A stretch of 64,000 nt of DNA, taken from the IMG/VR virus record IMGVR_UViG_3300050019_000176, positions 1 to 64,000 of that record. One strand, 5' to 3'. The first letter of the stretch is position 1, and each line of letters begins with the position of its first letter. The notes beneath the pieces were generated by a model. It saw only the letters and a program-made list of their open reading frames with translations. It had not been told where the DNA came from and did not search any database. The translations under genes and the position numbers were made by a program. Positions 47,029-58,228 of this stretch are shown one piece after another. This DNA comes from a virus.

Positions 47029-50000
47029 TTCGAAAAATGTCCAATGTCTTGGGCAAGACATTGCCCTTCGCGATCTTCCTGCTGGTGGCCAGTACTCTAC
47101 GTGGCCAAGGTGTCACTAGGTCCACGCCCCTACAGGTTACTAGGATATACAACATCACATCGACCTGGGCCGGAGAGTGCGGTGCGGGAGTGATTGACAA
47201 TCGTTCTCTGGTGGCCGGCCGCACCAACAATTACCACTCTGTCTATGCTACTGGCTCCGGTTCCTGGACCGTCGCCATCAACTACTCCGACACATCCTGT
47301 TCCGGTTCTTGGACATCCTTCGGATCGACATCTTCGATCTCTCAAGCTAGCAACCCTCCGATCGCCTACGCCAACGGTAACCACTCGTTCATTCAGATTG
47401 TAGTCACTGGCAACGCCTCGGTGACCTATTCCGCAGCCAAGGACTTCTTCCTGGCCACCTCGGTCGGTTCAGTGTCTTTCCCTGTCACTGTCCCGCAGGG
47501 TGGTACTGGCCTAGCCACGCTTCCATTGCACAGTATTATGCTAGGCAACGGGAACTCGACTCCAAATACAATTACCCCAGGGGATGCGGGAACGGTGTTG
47601 ACTTCCAACGGTCCAGGGGCTGATCCAAGCTACAAAGTATCGTCTCCCGTCTCTACTGATTACGATTACGCGGCGCAGTATCCGGGAACCACTCTGATCG
47701 CCCTGGGATCAAACCAGACGATTACCATGACGCCGTGCCCGAAAGGCATTTACGCAAACGGCATCTGGGCGCCCGTGTATCTGTCTGGTGGTACGGGGAC
47801 CGCCGAGCATCTAGTGCCGATCGGTGGAACCTGCACCTCGGGAGCAACCACTGGGACAATTATCCTCACGCCGACATACGGGCATTCGAACGCCTATACG
47901 GTACAGTCCTACACCGCTGGAATTCAGGAAGCCGTGAACGCGAATCCAGGGAAAACCATTAAGATTCCACCTGGACAGCACTCGGTAGGTAACGTCAGGA
48001 TCACGACCAACAGCACTTACCTGGAAGGTGGCGGAGACCCTGGGGGCGGGGACAACGGCCTTGGCACGGTAATTGTTCCCTTGGTTAGTTCGGGTTGCGT
48101 CTTCGAATGGACGACGGCGGTGAACCACCAGATCATCATCGGCGGCGGGATGTCCAAACTGGGATTCGCCAAACCCGCGTATGCCGCAGGTACAGAGATC
48201 GCCGTCTGCGTGCATGGCGAGGCAGCGAACCAAACCTACGGGATGCGCTTCACTGAACTAACAACGCACTACGTGGGTCGCGCACTCGAAACGATTTACG
48301 ACCAAGGATCCTATTATTCAGATTCCGGCTTCAGCGGCACGACCCCAGGCCAAAATGTCATCGGAATCGGCAGCGGGCTCGCTCGCTATTTTCGAGGGAT
48401 CACAACCTACAACGGATCCGGCCCTCTCGGATCTCCTTCTTCCGTCTCCACGGCATCTTGGGCTACTGGTACGGCAACCTATACGGTCGGGACGCACGCG
48501 ATCCTACTGGGCCAAGTGGTTGGGATTACGGGGATCACCCCATCTGGATATAACGTCGCGTGGGCGACCGTTACCGGGATCACCCCAACCACAATCAGCG
48601 TTTCCATTGTCAGCGACCCGGGTTCTTACTCGACCGGGGGGTCTGTGCAACCAACCGGGCTAGCTGGGACGGTTATCGACATTACCGAGGATGCTGGTGA
48701 TGATTTTGCATCTCTCAACCCGATGGGGGCGGACACCGTAATCAAGCTCCATCCCGCCTCCGGGAAAAGCACAAGTTGGAACGAGTTCACCGCGGTCAAC
48801 GTGGATTCTTCGCTTCACGGCATCGTCATAGCTCCTGAGACTGGTGGAACGGCGAACATCAATTCTTTCAGCAATATGTGGTTCTCGTCGATGCTTGTGG
48901 GTAGTGCTATCTCTCTCGAAGGCACAGGCACAATTGGCGACACCAACTTCACTGGAGGTCGCATCCGAGCGAGCAAAGGTCCCGTCATCAGTATCACGAA
49001 CAGCAGTGTAGTCAACTTCAAGGTTACGGGAGCACAGATTGGCGACGGTCTCGACGATGGCATTCTCATCGCGGCCGGGTCAGGCATTTCTCTAATTGGA
49101 AACTCGATCACGGGCAACGTCAAGAACGGCATCCACATCACTGGTGGCTACAACATCCACATATCCAGTAACACCATCACGGGGAACTCGGTCTCACCGA
49201 GCACCTCCGGTCAGTATGACGGCATCCGAATTACCGGTGGTCCGCAAGGTATCGACATGCCCGGCAACAAACTGTGCACTCTCTATGGCGAAACCCAAGG
49301 GTGGGGCCTTAACTGGGGGGGCACGGGCGATGCTGGCTCATTCACAGGCGGATCGGCTGGACCGGGGTGCGTCAATGGGCCATTTACCTACAGTTCAACA
49401 GGCGGTAATTTCATCTATGGCGGCGTGCAGGGAATTGATAATGGTGTCCAGTCCTGCACAAACGGAGCCAGTGAATGCGTAGTATCAGGATCGACTATCA
49501 CAGTCACCCCGAAGAAAACGATCAATTTGCTGAGTTCTGCCACCGTCCTAAACATCGTTGACCCATCGCATTTCGAAGGCAAAACGATCCACATCGTCGC
49601 CGCCGCAAGCCCACCAGCATCGCCGACGCTTCAAGCCGGAGGCACTCTGGGGTCCGGGTTCGCCGAAAATCTGACTTTAGCGCGGTATCAAATGGCAGAT
49701 TGCACGTACTCCACCATCGACTACTCCTACCACTGCACTGCGAAAAATAGGGAAAACGTTCGTGATTATGGGGCTAAGGGAGACGGGTCCACCGACGACA
49801 CTTCGGCGATCAATTCCGCTTTGGCCCGGTGTCCTAACGCGACGATCTATTTTCCGGACGGGACCTACAAAATCACCGCACCTCTTAGCGCTGTCGGTAA
49901 CGGCTGCAACGTCGTCGGTGCCGGACGCGGAGCCACCGTAGTCAATCAGGCAACGGCAGGACAGGACGCCTTTGACTTCTCAGGGAGCGGATATTTTTCT

Positions 50001-51410
50001 TCCATCCAGGATATGACGATCTCTGCGACCACGGGGACCTCTGGTACCGCCGGATGGGCGATCAACGCCAACACGGTGTTCTGGCTGACCGTAAAGAATC
50101 TACACATCACCGGATTCCCGAATGGCATCAACCTGTACGACGCTTCCTCGACCCACATCACTCAGTCGGATATCCGAATTATGGCGCCAACGACAGGGAT
50201 AGGTCTACAGGTTAGCGGCAGCACCAGTTTCGATGGTTCGGTGGACGTATGGATGGACCATTCAATAATCGCAGGAGATACCTCTAACATGGCTGCTGCT
50301 GGGGTAGTTTTGATCAATTCCAGCGGATTCAACATGGACCACGTTGGGGTCCTCGGAAACGCCATTGGTCTATGGGCGAAGCCGGGCACTAACCAGATCG
50401 TGCAATGGACCTTTTTGAGCCACGTTCAGTTTGACACCAATAATCTCGGGGTGAAACTGGCACCCACGGTTTCCAGTATTATGGTCCGCGGATTTAACGG
50501 CACAGATGTCTGGATGAGCGGTAGCCAAACTGGCGACGGCATGCAGTTGGCCCCAGTTGGCGGAGCCTTTGTCACGGGTGTGGACTTTGGAAACTGCTAC
50601 GTGTATTCGAACGCCAAACACGGCATTGACATTGCCGGGCCGGGTACGGTGGAGAACGTCGATTTTCACGGTTGTCACATCGGTGGCAACGGGAAACTAC
50701 CGGCCGCTGGTTCTGGGTCGGACATATACGTCGCTGCCAACCAGAACAACTGGACCGTTCGGGATTCCAGAATTGGCGTGATTGATTCGACCGGCGACAT
50801 CCAGCCGACCGAGACGAAAGGAATCCAGGTTGCCGCTGGGACATCTTCGCATTTCTCGATCACCAACAATACCTTTGTCATCCCGGCCACCGCCAGTACA
50901 GTGACAGTGTCCGGCACTACCGCTGTCCACGTGACGGCGGGGTCGGGCTTCGACCAGCGCCTGGCGGGAAGCACTGTGCTGCTGAATGGCGTCCTACTTC
51001 CCGTCCTTACGGTTACCAATTCCACCGACTTAGTGCTGGCGACTCCGACCAGCAACGGAACCGGCTTGTCCCTTACGGCATTCTATGACATCGACGACCA
51101 GAGCACCGGCGTCAACAAGACGATCTCTGGCAACCAGACCTCTACCGACGCCCCGCAGACCCTGGCCTCGGCCACCACGTTGAACCTTCCCGCCTGGCAG
51201 GACGAAATCTATTTTGTGACGGGCAACGCCGTTATTGCGACGTTGGGAGGCGGTTGGAATCAGCGGACGGTGACGCTGATCCCGGCATCGTCACCTCCGT
51301 TTACGTTGACCACAGGGGGCAATATCGCCGCTGCCGTGACGCCGGTTCAGTTCTCCCGGGTGGTTTGCACCTACACCGGTGGAACGACCGCCTGGTATTG
51401 CAGCAAATAG
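47025..51410 (+). CDS. Tailspike with two beta-helix (pectate lyase-like) regions
   Basis: NVRDYGAKGDGSTDDTSAI..IYFPDGTY; N/G/I-rich beta-helix repeats. Confidence 0.85.
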   Translation: MIRKMSNVLGKTLPFAIFLLVASTLRGQGVTRSTPLQVTRIYNITSTWAGECGAGVIDNRSLVAGRTNNYHSVYATGSGSWTVAINYSDTSCSGSWTSFGSTSSISQASNPPIAYANGNHSFIQIVVTGNASVTYSAAKDFFLATSVGSVSFPVTVPQGGTGLATLPLHSIMLGNGNSTPNTITPGDAGTVLTSNGPGADPSYKVSSPVSTDYDYAAQYPGTTLIALGSNQTITMTPCPKGIYANGIWAPVYLSGGTGTAEHLVPIGGTCTSGATTGTIILTPTYGHSNAYTVQSYTAGIQEAVNANPGKTIKIPPGQHSVGNVRITTNSTYLEGGGDPGGGDNGLGTVIVPLVSSGCVFEWTTAVNHQIIIGGGMSKLGFAKPAYAAGTEIAVCVHGEAANQTYGMRFTELTTHYVGRALETIYDQGSYYSDSGFSGTTPGQNVIGIGSGLARYFRGITTYNGSGPLGSPSSVSTASWATGTATYTVGTHAILLGQVVGITGITPSGYNVAWATVTGITPTTISVSIVSDPGSYSTGGSVQPTGLAGTVIDITEDAGDDFASLNPMGADTVIKLHPASGKSTSWNEFTAVNVDSSLHGIVIAPETGGTANINSFSNMWFSSMLVGSAISLEGTGTIGDTNFTGGRIRASKGPVISITNSSVVNFKVTGAQIGDGLDDGILIAAGSGISLIGNSITGNVKNGIHITGGYNIHISSNTITGNSVSPSTSGQYDGIRITGGPQGIDMPGNKLCTLYGETQGWGLNWGGTGDAGSFTGGSAGPGCVNGPFTYSSTGGNFIYGGVQGIDNGVQSCTNGASECVVSGSTITVTPKKTINLLSSATVLNIVDPSHFEGKTIHIVAAASPPASPTLQAGGTLGSGFAENLTLARYQMADCTYSTIDYSYHCTAKNRENVRDYGAKGDGSTDDTSAINSALARCPNATIYFPDGTYKITAPLSAVGNGCNVVGAGRGATVVNQATAGQDAFDFSGSGYFSSIQDMTISATTGTSGTAGWAINANTVFWLTVKNLHITGFPNGINLYDASSTHITQSDIRIMAPTTGIGLQVSGSTSFDGSVDVWMDHSIIAGDTSNMAAAGVVLINSSGFNMDHVGVLGNAIGLWAKPGTNQIVQWTFLSHVQFDTNNLGVKLAPTVSSIMVRGFNGTDVWMSGSQTGDGMQLAPVGGAFVTGVDFGNCYVYSNAKHGIDIAGPGTVENVDFHGCHIGGNGKLPAAGSGSDIYVAANQNNWTVRDSRIGVIDSTGDIQPTETKGIQVAAGTSSHFSITNNTFVIPATASTVTVSGTTAVHVTAGSGFDQRLAGSTVLLNGVLLPVLTVTNSTDLVLATPTSNGTGLSLTAFYDIDDQSTGVNKTISGNQTSTDAPQTLASATTLNLPAWQDEIYFVTGNAVIATLGGGWNQRTVTLIPASSPPFTLTTGGNIAAAVTPVQFSRVVCTYTGGTTAWYCSK

Positions 51411-51451
51411 GAGACCGCACGAGTGGAATTCTCCTGTGTGGGGAACTGACT

Positions 51452-54400
51452 ATGGCAGACGCTCAAACCAAAATCTTCCCGTTCAGCAACAAGGGCTGGG
51501 TCCAGAAATTAGACCCGGCCCAACTCGGAGATGGGCAGTACCAACTCCTGCAGAACGCGCAGAGCTTCCAGGAGGGAACCATCTCATCGAGGAATGGGTC
51601 CAAGCGTCTGACAGCAGCATCTCCCGCCAGTGTATCGTCCACGGTCTTCATCAATTCGTTGGCGAAACTGCGCGTGGATTCGACTCACACCTATCGGTAT
51701 TTCGGGCACAACACCAATCTCTACCGATCCGGCAACAGCGGATACTCCACCATCGCTCCCGGAAATTTCCTCGATACGCTAACGTTTGTCACCATCGCTG
51801 CCGGACTCTGTTCTTCCGCCAGCGACCGAATCGCCGGAATTCAGTATGACTCCGGACCATCGGGGATCCCGGTAGCCTACTTTGGCGGCTCCGCAGCGAT
51901 GAAGATGGACGATGGCACCCGGGCGGCGCCGGCGCTTCGTTGGGGTATCATGCCGTTGGACCAGGCGGTGGTCGCCACCGCTGTCATCGCCAGCCTTGGG
52001 ATTTCTGGAATCAGCATCGATACGGCGGCCGAGGTGACCACCGCGGCACCACATGGGCTTTCTACTGGGACGATGGTCACGATCTCTGGGGCCGTGGGAA
52101 CTGGGTGGACGGACGTCAATGCGACGTGGCAAATTAGCGTCACTGGAGCCAGCACATTCACGATCCCGATAGACTCCAGTGGCTTCGGAGCATTGAGTGG
52201 CACAATTGTATACACCACCGGCGGTTCGGATCTGTTGGTTCCTTACTCATACTGTGCGACGGCACGCGATCCAGTGACCGGCTCCGAGGGAAACCCGAGC
52301 CCGCTGATGATCGATGCGCTACAGATTACGCAGGTTGGTGCATCTGGCGTTTCACTTGCCATTGGCGGCATCGATTCTGACAATGGCAGAATCTCCACGA
52401 CCAGTGGAGATAAGAGCATTGCGGTCTACCGTGCCGGCGGGACCCTAGATGATGGCCTATACCGAAAGATAGGGTACACCACCAACCCCGGATCAGGGAG
52501 CACGGTGACGTATGTCGATACGGCACAAGACATCGACATCGTCAATGGAGACATCCTGGAGTTCGACAATGATCCGCCGGTACCCAGCGCGCTGAAGATC
52601 CCTCTGGTATCGCCGATCAACTATTCATCCTCAACCCTTCACCACGGAGCGGTGAGTACGTTTCATATCGATACGGCAGACATGCCAACCGGCATCACAG
52701 ACCTGCGCACCGTGCTAACTCCAGGAAGCATCGTGAGGATCACGGGGATACAGTGGTGGCCCGGACCGCCGAGCGTGGAGAACATAACGGAGTCTGCAAT
52801 TATTCGGTCGGTCACCACAGCAAACGAGTTCACGGCATACACCCAGCAGCAGTTCTGGGATGGGGGAACATCCGTCCCGATCACGGTGGAGGTTACCACG
52901 GCCTGCGCCCACGGGGCAAATATTGGCTGCTCGGCGTTCGAGAACATCTTCCTGGCCGGCGACGATGCCAATCCGAGCGTCCTGTACAAGTGCAAGAATG
53001 GGCGCCCGGAATCCTGGCCGTTGCTGAATATGACCAGTGGGTCCGTCCAGCAATTGCGCGTCGGAAGTCCATCGAATCCGATTCGCGGCATCACGGAATT
53101 CAACGGAGAACTGGTCTGTCTGAACGCCGCCAACATTTTTGTGGTTGGATTCGCAGCGAACGGAAAGGACATGCGGCAGGCCAGCGCCACGCCGGCCACG
53201 CACGGGGTGGTTGGCAAAGAGGCTTGGGTCAAGGCAGACAACCAGATCTGGTACGTCGGGGCAGACGGATTGTACTCATGGCGTGGCGGTCAGGAGACGT
53301 TGCGCAGTCTCGCGGTGGAGTTCATGTTCCGTGGATTGACGGTCAACGGGATTGCTCCAATTAACATGACCAAACCCGAGAAGATCATCGTCGGGTACCA
53401 CCAGAACATAGTTTTCATCTCGTTCGAGGACACCAGCGGTAAGCCACACCGGATGCGATACGAAACCCTGTTTGATCGCTGGAACTATGATATAGTGGAC
53501 GATTTCGGAACAGCCTCTACCGTTGGGGCTACGGCCATGCTGACCGAGACGGACACCAATCTTCTTACCTCGGCTAAGTTGACAGGGAGCACGGAATGCC
53601 GTATTCACCAGGAGAATGTAGGGTTCACCGATGGTTGGGTGACAGATCCGGCATCTGCCAGCGATGGTATCCCGCCAACATTCATTGTTGATACGGCAGC
53701 CTACGATCTTGGAGACCGCCTACTGGACAAGCAATTCTCAGAACTCGGATTGGAAGCCGTTGCCAACGGTTCTTGTCTGGTGGAAACGTTCTATGACTAC
53801 GGTTCGTCGATAGATGAAACATTTTCATTCCCAAACTCAGTAGTTAGATCACGCGCATCGTTTTCGATCCAGTCTGGATCTGGCAAGGAAGCATCGGTAA
53901 TGTCTTTCCGGATCACCGGTGGTGGAGGATCAGTAAGGACGACGCTCTACTCGATGCTATTCAATACGATCCCGTTGACGCGCATCCAGGTAGGCGCGGC
54001 GACGGATTGGACGGACTGCGGACACCCGTTCGATAAACGCTTCTATCAACTACTGATCGAGTACAACACTTCTGGGACGGATGTTGTGATGAACGTGGAC
54101 ACGATATCCGGGATAACCGGGGCCACGCACACCAGCGCGGTCGCCACGTTCACATTAAACAGCGCCGTCCGTGCCCAGGCCACGTTGCCATTCCCGGATG
54201 GAGTGATTGCCAAGAAGGTTCGCCTTCGCCCGACGGTCGGCTCGACCACCTTCCGCGTATGGCGGACCGACTTCAAGGTAGAGAAGTACCCGGAGGACAT
54301 CGTCGCCTTCACCGAAACGGAGGACGGCGGCACGCCGGAGTTGAAGTACGGTGAACAGATCACTTTCAACGTCGACACGGGCGGGAAAGACGTCCCCGTG

Positions 54401-56482
54401 AAGATCCAGGCGGACGGAACCACGGTGCAGACTCTGACGGTGAACTCAACCGCTACGGACCGGGAACGGCGCTACACGCTTCTCCCTAACCTGTCGGGAC
54501 GCCGGTGGCGTTTGTACGTGGACACCACCACTGTGCCCAGCGGAGGGAAATTCCAGTTATTCGACCATCAATTCAAGTTCCTGCCGGCGGACAAGGGTCC
54601 GGTGGCCCACACCTACGACTGGGATGACTTGGGGCACCCGTACGACAAGCGGCTATACACCGTGGCGATGGAGTGGGACAACGTCGGCGGTGCTGCGGTC
54701 ACAATGGCGATGGACACCCTTTCGGGCATCGATGGTGCGACGATCGCCGCGGCGGTGGAAACATTCTCCCTGCCCCCCGGAACCCGCCAGCAGAAGACGT
54801 TCCCAATCACCGATGGGCTGATCGTCAAAAAGGTAAAGTTTTATCCGCAAGGGACGCCAGGAACGGCTTTCCGCCTGTGGTGGTACAAGGTCACTGCGGA
54901 GAATTATCCTCCCGACGTGGTGCCGTTCACGGAACCAGAGGACGGCGGGTATCCGTCCGAGAAGTACGCCCAGGAGTTATTCCTGGACGTGGACACCGCC
55001 GGCCATCCGGTACCAGTACAGGTCCAGGCTGACGGCACAACGCTCCAGACCCTGATAATGACGACGACCCCCACTGATCGTCGGCGCCGGTTGACCCTCT
55101 CGCCGGAACTGTCTGGTCGCCAATGGCGCTTGCTGGTCGACCCATCGCTGATCCCGGCCGGCGGGAAGTTCCAGTTGTTCGCTCACCAGTTCAAGTTCCT
55201 GCCAGTCGACAAGGGGCCTGTGGAGCACAGCGCCGGCTGGGATGATATTGGGCACCCGTTCGACAAGCGGTTGAAGACCGTCACTATCGACTTCAACACA
55301 TCTGGGACGGACACGACGATGGAGATGGATACGATCTCCGGAATCAATGGCAATACGACGAATCTGGCTGTGGCCTCATTCGTTTTGTCTGGTGCTGATC
55401 GAGCGCAGAAGACCTTCGCCGTCCCGGACGGCAACGTTGTCAAGAAGATCCGCCTGCGCCCTCTCGGAGACAACACGCTGTTCAAAATGTGGGGGTACCA
55501 ATTCGATCTGGAAAAGTATCCAGCAGACTCTATCGCCGCAACGGAGTATTCGGATCTCGGGCATCCATACGAGAAGAACCCGAAGAACCTATGCCTCAAC
55601 GTGGACACAGGTGGCGTGGCCGCTACGGTAGAGGTATGGACGGACGGGGCCATCGTGCAGACCTTTAGTGTCGACACGACGGCCAGCACGCGCCGATGGG
55701 AAGGGTCTTTCGACCGGGACATCTTCGGCAAGATCTGGCGCCTACTTATCACACCCGGGGCCGGCGGAAAGTTCCAGATGTGGGAGTGGAAGATCGAGGC
55801 CACAAATGAACCGTCCTATTCGGTTGAGTTCACTGACTGGAACGACTTCGGCTATCCTTACGAGAAGGTAGCCCGCAACTTGGTGTTGAACTGCAATTCT
55901 GGCGGCGAGGCGGCAACAGTTCAGGTCGAGGGGGATGGAATCGTTCTCCAGACATTCTACGTTACAACCACCAACGAGAACCGGCAGATCGTTCTGCCAT
56001 TCGATACCGAAAAAATCGCGCGCCGATTCCGACTGCTTGTCACTCCTGGAACAGCCCATCAGCAGTTCAAATTATACAGTTGGAACATCAACTATGTAAG
56101 GGAACCGGCGACGGTAACGTACTGGAACTCCCTGCCGATGTTGTTCGGGTTCGCTGGCCACAAGCTCATAAAGCAGATCTGGATAGAGTACCGGTGCGCT
56201 TCTGCCCCAACGTTCTCAATATATCGCGACAACGGACAACTCTTCTGGCAAGAGACCCTGCCGATCCATGCTTGGAGAGACATTGAGCGCTTTTACCTTC
56301 CGCCGATCAACGGGTTAGCATTGAACAAATCGAAAACCTACGAGTTTACGATGTCAGCGGCCACTCCATTCGCCTTCTACCGAGATGGAACCAGGATCGA
56401 AGTCAAGTCCCTGTCCGGAGACCAACGTTCGGCTTACGAGCAAAAGTACCTGTTCGAGAGTCAAAATGGACCAGACTCGTGA
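51452..56482 (+). CDS. Tail tubular/nozzle (stabilisation) protein with a C-terminal repeat expansion
   Basis: Propeller-like N terminus; repeated D.G.P..K units. Confidence 0.7.
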   Translation: MADAQTKIFPFSNKGWVQKLDPAQLGDGQYQLLQNAQSFQEGTISSRNGSKRLTAASPASVSSTVFINSLAKLRVDSTHTYRYFGHNTNLYRSGNSGYSTIAPGNFLDTLTFVTIAAGLCSSASDRIAGIQYDSGPSGIPVAYFGGSAAMKMDDGTRAAPALRWGIMPLDQAVVATAVIASLGISGISIDTAAEVTTAAPHGLSTGTMVTISGAVGTGWTDVNATWQISVTGASTFTIPIDSSGFGALSGTIVYTTGGSDLLVPYSYCATARDPVTGSEGNPSPLMIDALQITQVGASGVSLAIGGIDSDNGRISTTSGDKSIAVYRAGGTLDDGLYRKIGYTTNPGSGSTVTYVDTAQDIDIVNGDILEFDNDPPVPSALKIPLVSPINYSSSTLHHGAVSTFHIDTADMPTGITDLRTVLTPGSIVRITGIQWWPGPPSVENITESAIIRSVTTANEFTAYTQQQFWDGGTSVPITVEVTTACAHGANIGCSAFENIFLAGDDANPSVLYKCKNGRPESWPLLNMTSGSVQQLRVGSPSNPIRGITEFNGELVCLNAANIFVVGFAANGKDMRQASATPATHGVVGKEAWVKADNQIWYVGADGLYSWRGGQETLRSLAVEFMFRGLTVNGIAPINMTKPEKIIVGYHQNIVFISFEDTSGKPHRMRYETLFDRWNYDIVDDFGTASTVGATAMLTETDTNLLTSAKLTGSTECRIHQENVGFTDGWVTDPASASDGIPPTFIVDTAAYDLGDRLLDKQFSELGLEAVANGSCLVETFYDYGSSIDETFSFPNSVVRSRASFSIQSGSGKEASVMSFRITGGGGSVRTTLYSMLFNTIPLTRIQVGAATDWTDCGHPFDKRFYQLLIEYNTSGTDVVMNVDTISGITGATHTSAVATFTLNSAVRAQATLPFPDGVIAKKVRLRPTVGSTTFRVWRTDFKVEKYPEDIVAFTETEDGGTPELKYGEQITFNVDTGGKDVPVKIQADGTTVQTLTVNSTATDRERRYTLLPNLSGRRWRLYVDTTTVPSGGKFQLFDHQFKFLPADKGPVAHTYDWDDLGHPYDKRLYTVAMEWDNVGGAAVTMAMDTLSGIDGATIAAAVETFSLPPGTRQQKTFPITDGLIVKKVKFYPQGTPGTAFRLWWYKVTAENYPPDVVPFTEPEDGGYPSEKYAQELFLDVDTAGHPVPVQVQADGTTLQTLIMTTTPTDRRRRLTLSPELSGRQWRLLVDPSLIPAGGKFQLFAHQFKFLPVDKGPVEHSAGWDDIGHPFDKRLKTVTIDFNTSGTDTTMEMDTISGINGNTTNLAVASFVLSGADRAQKTFAVPDGNVVKKIRLRPLGDNTLFKMWGYQFDLEKYPADSIAATEYSDLGHPYEKNPKNLCLNVDTGGVAATVEVWTDGAIVQTFSVDTTASTRRWEGSFDRDIFGKIWRLLITPGAGGKFQMWEWKIEATNEPSYSVEFTDWNDFGYPYEKVARNLVLNCNSGGEAATVQVEGDGIVLQTFYVTTTNENRQIVLPFDTEKIARRFRLLVTPGTAHQQFKLYSWNINYVREPATVTYWNSLPMLFGFAGHKLIKQIWIEYRCASAPTFSIYRDNGQLFWQETLPIHAWRDIERFYLPPINGLALNKSKTYEFTMSAATPFAFYRDGTRIEVKSLSGDQRSAYEQKYLFESQNGPDS

Positions 56483-56487
56483 GGTGA

Positions 56488-58149
56488 TTGATGGCTTCCA
56501 ATAACGCACCTCCGGGATTCCCCAAGTTCGACCCCGTCGACATCATCGGCGAACAGCTTGCTGCACAGTACCCAAACCTTGACCTGTCGAAACTCAACCG
56601 GATGTTCACTAACATCCTCACGGAACTACAGGATTCCCAGTCCGCCGCAGCGACGGCACAGACTACCGCCAACACCGCTTCCGCAACCATGGGTGCAAAA
56701 ACCGGGACACACGCACAACGGATCGGCTTACCGGTCCCGGATAATGGCACGATCTTCGTTGAGACCGACCGCAATGATGTCGCCTATCAAGTCCAAGGAG
56801 GAGTGTGGCGATACGTTCTCGGGGAGATGTTTGGGGTGCTGTCCGGCAGGCCAACGGACCTTGGGGCGAACGATGAGGGATTCCTGTACTCGGCATCGAA
56901 TGCGCTGGACTACCGATGGAGCGGAACCGCCTGGGTGAGCCTGGATACCGTGCGCGGCGGGACGGCGCTGGTGGATGTCGGTCGGCTGATAAAGGTGGGC
57001 GCCACTGGAACGCTTGGAGAAACGGCGTTCGCGGATAGCGCCGTGGTTTTGGGTGCAACCAACCTGACGCACGCCAACCATCTTCTGAAGGTAGATGGGT
57101 CAAGCGGGACAGCTACGGAGAGCGTAGTCACCGACGACGGGACGACGGTTGTTATCAACAAAAATACCGTCGCACCCGCCGCAGCAGCGGCGGGAACGAT
57201 TTTGCAGTTGGCTGGAGCAGACGCCGCTGCCGCCCGAGCCCTCATCGATGCCTATGGCGGCTTTGTAACGATTAGCGGACGGAGGGCAAACGGCACAGCC
57301 GCTGCCCCATCGGCATTGGCCGCCCTTGATGTCATCGCCGGATACCAAGCGCGTGGGTACGGGGCGACGGGATATTCGGCCACCAGCCGCGCCCAAATGG
57401 CTCTTGCCGCCGCAGAGGCTTGGTCGGATACCGCTCAGGGAACACGGATTGACTTCTATACCACTCTGAACGGCACGGTCACGACCATCCTACGGATGAC
57501 CATCGCTGACGACGGAAAAGTCGGTGTCAACTGCGTCCCGGCCTACCAGTTCGATGTGGGTGGAGGCATCAACACTAGCACCGAATACCGACTCGGCGGA
57601 ACGGTGGTGATTGCATCTACCGAAGCGGCGAACACCTTCCTACGCGGGCCGACCAGCGGCGCGGCTGCGCTCCCTTCCTTCGGGGCACTTGTAAGTGCAG
57701 ACATCCCGAACAATGCCGCCGACACCTCTGGGACTTCCGGGAACACCACAAAAGTTAACGGGGCATCCGTGCCCGCTTCGGCCGGATTCCTCGGTAGCAA
57801 CGGGTCCAGCCAGTTGGTGTCCGTATCGTCGCCTACTATCCTAACCGGCCAATCCGTCGTGACGGGAAGTAGGAACCTCACCTCGATATACCAAAACACT
57901 GGGGCGAAGCCAATTTACGTTCTAGTGACACTGGCCTGTACGGCGGCCGGCGGAGCCAATTTCGGGCAGGCCGAGGCCAGGACGGACGCATCCGCCACGC
58001 CGACGACGACGGTGGGCAGCACGTTCAATGGATCTGCCACGGCGACCGTCAACCAGCAGATGGCCTTCTGGGTGCTCCCAGGGAACTATTACCGCGTCGT
58101 CGTCGTGACCACCACCGTTACCCTGTCCTGTTGGACAGAGTGGAGTTGA
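56488..58149 (+). CDS. Tail fibre protein
   Basis: RMTIADDGKVG, GPTSG..PSF, VPxGNYY-like tip. Confidence 0.75.
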   Translation: MMASNNAPPGFPKFDPVDIIGEQLAAQYPNLDLSKLNRMFTNILTELQDSQSAAATAQTTANTASATMGAKTGTHAQRIGLPVPDNGTIFVETDRNDVAYQVQGGVWRYVLGEMFGVLSGRPTDLGANDEGFLYSASNALDYRWSGTAWVSLDTVRGGTALVDVGRLIKVGATGTLGETAFADSAVVLGATNLTHANHLLKVDGSSGTATESVVTDDGTTVVINKNTVAPAAAAAGTILQLAGADAAAARALIDAYGGFVTISGRRANGTAAAPSALAALDVIAGYQARGYGATGYSATSRAQMALAAAEAWSDTAQGTRIDFYTTLNGTVTTILRMTIADDGKVGVNCVPAYQFDVGGGINTSTEYRLGGTVVIASTEAANTFLRGPTSGAAALPSFGALVSADIPNNAADTSGTSGNTTKVNGASVPASAGFLGSNGSSQLVSVSSPTILTGQSVVTGSRNLTSIYQNTGAKPIYVLVTLACTAAGGANFGQAEARTDASATPTTTVGSTFNGSATATVNQQMAFWVLPGNYYRVVVVTTTVTLSCWTEWS

Positions 58150-58228
58150 GCCATGTCTTGTGCAAGACTTTTGGACATCAGGGACGGCGGCAACGCTATT
58201 GTAGAATCTAGCAGTTGCAAGTGGGAAA

